From: a virus
Reading direction: 5' to 3' (one strand)
Virus record (IMG/VR): IMGVR_UViG_3300044846_002605
Span: 2,331 to 66,330 of that record
DNA length: 64,000 nt
A program made the translations under genes and the position numbers. Below, piece by piece: positions 1-9,000 of the stretch. Numbering within the stretch: the stretch's first letter is position 1; each line of letters starts with the position of its first letter. Below the pieces are notes generated by a model. It searched no databases and was not told where the DNA came from. It saw only the letters and a list, made by a program, of their open reading frames with translations.

Positions 1-3000
1 AACAACAATTGGAGCTTTTACTGCATTACCCATTCTGTGTTTAATAATATCAGCTTTCATCTTATAAAGTGCCTGCTCTAAAGCAGCTGACAATGGTGAA
101 TTTCCAATTGCAATTTGTCCTTTTGATGAAACTAATTCATTTGCAAATTGAATTTTATACTTGATGTTGCGGTTAAGCTCTGTGATAATTTTGTCATAAG
201 CAACAGCGGTTCCTTTTTCAAATTTTTCTTTTTCAGTTAAACTATCAAACCATTTGTTTTCTCTGTCATCATTAAACAGTTTTCCAACTAAATCTTTTGC
301 TCCTAAAGTACTAGCAGTTACTACTGGGCTATTAATATCATAGTTCAAATCTTCAAAAGAAGAAGTAGATTTTCTCATCTGATAATATTTTCCAATCGCA
401 GCATAAACAGGTACTTTTACATAACCTTGTTCTTCTAAATAATTTACAGCCATCTGATCCATTCCATTGGCAGTTCCAACATTAAATATTTTTACACCGG
501 CTTTAATTGCTTTATCAATGTTTGGCTTATGGTATGAATTAAAAGTGTTGTCTAAAGCAATTTGGAACTCTTCAATTGAAACATTTTTTATTCTGTTTGC
601 AAATATTCCACTACCAAATACCCAAACTACATCTGTAGATTTGAAACGTGTGCCTTTTTCCGCCAGTTTCCCAGGATATTTTGCTGTTAACTCATCAACA
701 TAACTCTGACTAGAAGATTTAGCGTTAGGGTTCACTATTGTTGCTTGTCCAATTGCCATTGTAGATGCATTTGCCATAGCTTCATCTTTAACTGAATGAA
801 CAGGCATAAGCTTTAATCCTAAACCGCCTATTGACAAGAATCCTTTTTTAGCGGATTTAGATTTATATTCTAGTGTTGGAAAATCCCCTGAGTTGTTTAT
901 TCCAAAGTAATCTAATAGCAACTTATCAAATTCACTTTGATTTTGATCTGTAGGAACAACCAGTTTCTGATTAAGAATTGCTAATTTTTTGTCTTTAATT
1001 GACTCAGCAAATTCTTCAGGAGTGTATTCTCCTTCTTCATCAAAAAACAAACCTGCTGTTAAAGCCAATGTGTCTTTAGGTAATCCAACCAATGAACTCT
1101 TAATAGAAACATTATTAAATGAAAGCAATGTTTCTGGAGTAGCTGTAGTTTTACCTAATGCCAAATTATTGACTTGATAATTGTAACCTCTTACACGCAT
1201 TCTATAATTGTTTTCAAGCATGTTAATAAATGACTCTTTAAATTGGCCAAGAAGTTGTAAATCTGGCACAATTGGTTCATTTTCTTTGTTAAGGTTATTT
1301 AATTCAGCAGCTTTGATGTTGTTATCAATTTGATTTAACTCATTGATAACTCTTCCAATACCAATTCCATTGTCAATAGTTTCATGCAAATGTTCAGCAT
1401 CAATAATTTTACCTAAGTCATATTGCGACCTGCGGTTTAATCCTGTTTGCATCATAGCAATGTGATTAAACAAACCAAAAAATTCTGCAATTTCTGGACG
1501 CGAATCATTTCTAAGATTAGCTAAGTTTTCTTTATACTGTTTTCTTAAATTAACATCAGAAATGTCAGGCAAGTACATGTTTGATTTTTTGCTTTTCTTA
1601 TCATTGTTAAATTTCATATCTCTGATAAGAGCATATTTTTCAACCAGCTCTGGATTTTCCTGCTTGAATCTTTTAAACATGTTGGCTACACTAGTAGGTC
1701 CGGTAAAGAAAGAATTATGATTTCTTGAATTGTAAAGAGCTATCTTTTGTTTTAGATACTCCGTTGGATATTTCTTTTTTGCACCATCCAAAAAGTAATA
1801 ATCTTTTTCTAATTGCTCCGTTGGAATACCATCTAGTTTTTGATATTCAATTTTGAATCTTACATACTGGTCTAAGTTTTTAAAATTGCTTTGGACATAT
1901 TTTAATTCCAACTCAGGGTTGTTAATATCATTACCTAATAATGCTCCACCAAAAGATACAGTTTTATTTTCTTCATCTATGGTAAATGGAGCATTTGGAT
2001 CTGAAAGATTAGGCTTAAACGTGTATCCACCATAAGTACCTTTTTTAAACAAGGAGTTTTGATACAAGAACCAGATAAAATCATTTTTAAAATCTGTTCT
2101 TAAAACTACATCAGAAGTACCTTTTGGTTTATGATCCATAATCTCTTTGTCCAATGACACTTTAACCAGTGCCGGATTATCTCTTAAACTAAAGTATCTT
2201 TCAAAAATGTCAACTAAAAATTGATCATTATCGAATTGACCAACTGGGCTATTTTTAATACCCTCACTTCCAAACCAAGCTTGAGGTACATAAGTTTCTC
2301 TTGATTTAAATTCTTTGATGTCATCAATTCTTTTTTGAGCTTCAGAAATTGTAGCAATTTTGTTAGTATCAAAACGAGTAAGTTGCTGAAATTTGGAAAC
2401 ATCACTAGCCATTTTTTCAATGTGAATATATTCTGCTAAAGCTTCAAGCTGTCTTTTATCAATTGTGCTTTGACCAACAAGTTCTCTTAACTCATTTTCA
2501 GTAAAGCTTTCTGTATTCCTATTAGCTATGCTTTTGTAGTTAAATGATTCATACCCCAAAACCGCAAATAATTCTGAGTGATTATTGAATATCATTTCTT
2601 GAGCTTTTGCATTCACCCTTGAATTATTGACAATAGGATTTACCTCTGGATCTAAATCAAGCGTAGAATAAACACCACTTAATTCTTTTTTGTACTGGTT
2701 ATATTCCATTACCAAAGGCGTAGATGAAAGATAAGTCGCACTTTCCAAACTTACACCTGCCATAATCATAAATAGCAATGTAGGCGTATTTTGTTTGTTA
2801 CCTTGCATGTTGAATATCCAGGCATCTTTAGCAACATCCACATAACCGTTAATCATCTGAGATAATAAATCTGAAATAGATTGGTTCTTAACATTGTTAG
2901 CAATACCAAGAGCAACATGCTCACCTAAAGCAGAAGTAAGTTTGTTGTGATCTAATTTAAAAGTGTAATCCTTAAATTTATTTACCACATTTTGAGCTTC

Positions 3001-6000
3001 TGTGATTGTCTTTTCATTTGGCATTTGCTTTTTCAAAGAAATCAATTCTTTTTGTGCATCTGCTGGCAAAGAATCACCGTGTTTTTCTCTTAATTCTTCA
3101 ATCTTTAAATTAATTTCTGAAGCAAGAGCTAAAACTTGTATTTGCTTATCAAATTCAGCTTGTTTTTTAGCAGAAACCGCATTTAACTTAGCACCAAATG
3201 TTTGAAACATTGCATAGTAAGTTGCTGTTACAGCTGCTATTCCAAGCGAATCCATACCAACAGAGTTCTCTTGGTGCTTCAACAAGTTATATTCATAGTC
3301 AAAGATTGTGGTAGGAGAAACACCATCAGTGCTGTCATCATTGATTCTTTCGTATTTGTTAAAGCGTGTAGCACCATCTCTTTTTCTAATTGCTTTTTCC
3401 ATTTCCTGAGCAATTGGTAAAGCGACATCTGTAGAGTTAGTAGTGATTAAGTCTTTAATGTTTGAAGGGAGCGTAATTTTTTCAGTAAACAATGCAAGCA
3501 TCTCATTTTCTAATCCTTTGATGGACTTGCCATAAATCTTTCTTTGAATTTCTTCTCTGGCTGCATCAAGTTGAGATAATTTAGATTTTTCTGCATCAAT
3601 TAAACTTTGATTGTAATTGTAAAAATCAGTTGCTAATTCGGCACCCAATTCATCAAACATAATTCTTTTAATTTCTGCTTCTTGGAACTCAATTAGTTCA
3701 TTTACCTGTTCTAGTTGCTCAGTGTACTGAGTAATGAACTTTTGACGTTGTTTAAATGAAACATTTTTAAATTTCCATAAACCATTTTCTGCTGCATTCA
3801 AATAACCATTTAATTCTCTTCTTGTTTCATAAAGATCTTTTTCTAATTTTTGTTGATCCTGAATTTGAGCTTTAACATCTGCAGCTATTTCATTACTTTG
3901 CTCCCAAAACAACTCACGGTCCTGATACAAAGTATCTATTCTTTCCTGAACAGCCTTTAGTTGCTGTGTATATTTATCTTTTTCCTTATACAACTCTTCA
4001 ACTGATTCTTTTACATCAGCTCTGTATTGTTGCAACTCGACTTTATTCCCAATCTTAACAATGTTTGGGAACTGAGTAAACAATTTATCAATATCATAAT
4101 CAGATCCAGCTTTAGCAACAATCTCTGCTGGCAAAATAACTATTGGACCAGCCCATTCAGGTAAAAATTCAGCAACTGTAATTGACTCCAATGCATTTGG
4201 TCCCTGTGATGGAATACGATCACCTGCAATTTGTAAAAACTGAGCATGCTTAGCATTCCATTCTTTATTGCGGATTGACTCATTCAATCTATTCAAAGAT
4301 GCATTGTAATTCAATACAGATTTACCATCTTTATCTTTTTCATAAACTGCAATTTTCTTACCATCAAAGTGATCAAGATACAAAAGCTTTTTAAATCCGC
4401 CCTGAAGTGAAATTTTCACCTCCATGCTTTTTACAATCCAACTTTTTGTGTCTTCTGTAAGAACCGGATTTCCATTTTTATCAGTTATGTGATAAAAAGA
4501 AAGGCCATTAGAACCATAATTAAAGATGTCTGCATCAGTTGGATTTTCAAGTTTAGCAAATTTAGCAGCGCGTTCTTTGTTCTCAAACATTGTTCCTGGT
4601 ACTTGAACTAAAGCTTCACCATTTACATTAAGCGAGCGTAGTTTTTTATCAGCCAATGTCATTAATATAGCCTCAATCTTTTCACTATACATAGACAATG
4701 AAAAATCAAGAGTTTCTGCATTTTTGGATACACTGATGATATAATCAATATCATCTGAAAGCATGTCATTGCTTTTCATTTGTTTTTCCAAATAATCCAC
4801 AAGCTTTTTAGGGCTACCTGTTAATTTTCCTGAAGCGTCATAAGTTAAACCTAAGTCATCAATTAACTCTTGTTTAAGATGAGTTTGTATTTTTGAAATT
4901 ACAACTTCATATCTTTTGTACCAATCATAATTTTTAGATGCGGCTCTTTTCTTTGACTCAGATAAAGCTTTCCACTTTTGAGTTCTTTCTGCTTCAGATA
5001 AATCTGTTTTATAATCTGTAGGGATTTGTTCTTCATCAAACAAACCAAGAGTAATCATCTTTCTTTTCTGCGTAGGCAAAGTAATTTTTCCTTTGTATCC
5101 CGGAGCTAAATAAATCTGATTTTTTAAATACTTTGAGTGGATTTGATTTACAGTAAACTGTACATCATTTGTTTTTCTTTCATCATCATAAAACTCATCA
5201 AACTTTGCAGTTGGCTCCATCCTTTTGGATTTTTTATCCATTGCCAATTCCACTTTAGAGATAGATGACAATTTAGATCCTGACTCCATGGTAATGTAAT
5301 CTACACCCTGCTCCATCATTTTTTCATGAAGATCTTGTAATGGAGTACCAGCTATAAGATCAGGAATCAAAGGCATCAAAGAGTACTTGTGGAACGCCAT
5401 CATTTGCAAGTTAAATGCAGCATCTGCATTATTTACTTGACCATAGTATTGAAACTTTCTTACAGGAAAAGTTACTTTGCGATCTTGATCAGTAAGAGGT
5501 GTGCCGTCAAGCATTTTTTTATAAACTGCATCTTGAGCATCAGACCATTCACCACAAGCAAGATTTAAAATACGGTACATGTCAAATGAAATCCAACCAG
5601 CACCATCTGCTTCTTTCATTTTGTTTTTAGTACCATAATCTTTTGTATCAATCAGTTCATTCCACTGTTTCAAATACACCGATGCAGTTTTCTTTTCTTG
5701 GATTACTCCAGAATTTATGTATCCTGAATAAGTACGGCCTGTTTGTTTTTGATTATGATTTTCTGCAAAACCAAATGCTTTAAAGCTTGGTTTGTTTACA
5801 TAACTCAAAAATGCTGAGTCATTAGCAAATATTTTACCAGTTGAAATTAAACCGGCAATACGCTTGTGATAACCTTCACCTTTAACATCATGAATTGCTG
5901 CATCACCAATAAACAGTGTAGCAAAGTTTGCATTTTGAATAAAGTTATTGATAACAAATGTTTTAAACATTCGCTGTCTTGTAACATCTACTTCTTCATC

Positions 6001-9000
6001 AGCAGTTTTTTTGTAATCTGCAAGAAGATTATCAGAAATAGTAAGCTGTTTATTTTTTCTGTTGAATAAACCTGTAGATCTTGTTTCAAAATAATTTTTA
6101 AGCTCTAAGTCAATTTTCTTTTTTAACTCTTTGCTAAGCAATTTATTTAAAACATTTGGATTATTAACATCAGCAACCTGAGATTGAGAAATGTTCAAAG
6201 CTAGTAATTGATCTTTAGTAGATTTAGAAAGTATATTTGCAAACATGTAAAATGCTCTACCTCTTTTCAAATAAGCAGCATCAAAAACAATTTCTTTTTC
6301 AGATTCCAAATCCTCCATTGCTTCATTAAGCCTGGTTATTCTAACCAATTCCGCTTCTAAATGAAGATAAAACTTATCATACAAAAGTGTAGTATTTTTA
6401 TCAATGTCGTAAGCAGGAGTAAAAATTTTATTGATGTCTTCTTTAGGAAACTCAAGTTGATTTTTAACAATCTGGCCATTTCTTTTAATTGGCGCATGTG
6501 CTGTTAAAGATGTAGACTTATCAGCAGTTCTTAGAATTTCTTGTTTTCCTTGTAAAGTCAAATCAAAATCAGTAATAAATTTGGCTTTTTCATCAAGCTT
6601 AATTGCACCACTACCTTTATCATCATTTTCAAAAATGATTTTAGATCCAGACAAACTTTCAACGGTGATTTTAAAATTAGAGTTTCTAGTACCGCGGACT
6701 GCCGGGTTAGTAGAATCCAAGTTAAACATATTGATTAACCACGGAGAAGCCGCAGCAAATGGATTAGTCTGAACATTGAATACCTCAAGACCTGATCCAT
6801 TTAAAATTTCATCGTAATGTTTAGCATCATTTAATGCACTCACCATTACACTCAATGAAGAGTTGTATGACTTTTCACTTTGATTTTCACCTTCAGCATT
6901 TTTACCCATGGAACTAGAGTTCTCATCAGAAAACATATACTGAAGTTCTTGCAGTTGTTTAAACCACCCGTTTAATCCAGTTTGAGTAATTTTTTCACCG
7001 TTGGATATGTAATCAAAATCATTGAAAACATCAGCAAGCTGAGTAATTTTTTTGTCTTTTTCTAAAACAGCGGTTTCTCTGTTCATCAAAGACTTTTGAA
7101 TATTGGCAACAATTCCTGGATCAATTCCCAAAGCAGGGCTTCCATTAACTAAAATATCTCTGACAATTGGATCATCAACTAAGTCAATTCCAATTTGATT
7201 TAAAAACTCAAATGGAAGAGCTGCAGCTTTTGTAAGTTTGCCGGTATAAACATCCCCTTCTTTAATATCATCTTTGCTTTCTACCCAAACTTCGCTGTCT
7301 TCAGTTCCAGAAATTAATCCAAATCCTACTTCAGCGTAATCTTCACCTAAATCAAATGCATTTAATGCATATTCACCAGTGTCCCCTATTTCTTCAAAGT
7401 ATCCTGTACCTGTTGAAGAAATATAAACAAAGTTGTCAGACCAATCTTTTCCAACTCTATTTGAAGCAGCTTTAGCTCTTCCAGAACGTGATTCTAACTT
7501 GACAGTTTTGGTTTTAGTTTTATTGTCAGTTGTAACAACCTTTTCAATAATAAACTCTCTTAAAAACAAATCTGTCTTATTCATTACTTGCCAAAATGCC
7601 AACCATGCTTTTTGCTCATCTTGAGTAATATTTGGATTAGTAATGTCACCAAGTTTTGCTAGTATCTGAGCAATCTCAAAATCTTTTTTAGCTGCCTCAA
7701 CAAGCTTTTTATGCATTTCAACTCTATCAGTTGTATTACGCAACACCTTGCTTGTTTTAGCAAGCATTTGTACAAATGGCTGAATTTTTTTAATACCTAG
7801 CGAGTTGACAATAAATGGACCTTTACCGTTATTAGAATGCGCGTGAATAGAACTCAACAATTGTCTTGTTTGAGCATCTGTAGTTTCAGCAAGAGATTGT
7901 TCTGTACCTGTTCTTCCAAATGTATAAGTCAACGCTCTTGTTTCCTCATCTAATGTATCCAAGTAATCTACATCTTCCTGGTTGATTTGAACATTGCTGT
8001 AATTATTCAAAAACAAACCAATTAAGTTTGTATTCTCCTCTGCATCTAAGTAAAGCATTGCATCTTCTGTATTACCAAAAGCCTCAATTGCTTTATTCAA
8101 AGTTTTTAATGCAAAATTATCTTCATCTGTAACAGAAGACTTGATGATGTCCCTTTGTTGAATCAACTTATTTTTAATAAAAGTCAAAGCTGATTCTAAG
8201 ATTTCAGGACTTTTTGCAACAGCAAACATACCGTAACCATTTACAACACCTACTTTCTTTTTAAGCTTTTCAATTTTTTTAAGAACAGCATCATGCTTTT
8301 TAGAACCAACCGGATAATTTGCTGATTCAATTTGTAAAGTAGCAATTTGCTTGTTTACTTTTTTGTCAAATACACCACTAGTTTTAAAATCAATGAACTC
8401 ACTCATTAATGACTGCATTGATTCCATCAAAACATTAACTTCTTCTAATGAAAAATCAGTATCTTGATATTCAGAAATGCCTTCAGATTTAATATCTTTA
8501 AGCATTTGCTTGTAAGCCTTTGCGTGTCTATCAATTGTTTCTTCTGAAACATTTGCTCTATTTACTCCAGCTGCAATATCTGCTTTTATTCTTTCTTTTG
8601 CTAATTCAGCATCTAAAGGCATCAATTTATACTGAATGTTTGATTCAGGCAGTGCTTCTTTAATAGCTTGAATAAAAGGTCTTCTTTTTTCTTTAGTTAA
8701 GTTTGTTGTATCAAAAATAATCTTCTTGCCATTTTTTATAGCCTGTATTGTTCTTAATGCAGCTTCCTTATAAATCTCTTCATCTTTAGATTTATTATTC
8801 ATGTCACCAGTAAATTCAATTCTCATTTCATCTGGTGAAATAACTTCAAAATCATTATTTGCATTAACTGATTTAATCCATGTTGATTTACCACTGCCAG
8901 ATGTACCAATTGTGAGTATAACATCAGCCGGTGTAGTAGCATTAATTTCAGATGATTTGTACAAAGCAGTTTTTGTAGCCTGCGGATTAAATTTACTTAC

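Noticed and set aside
1-330. NADAR-like domain at the truncated end of the RNAP polyprotein
   Set aside because: Only a vague resemblance (GNSPLSAALEQAL); diagnostic residues were not recognisable and the domain is cut by the window edge.
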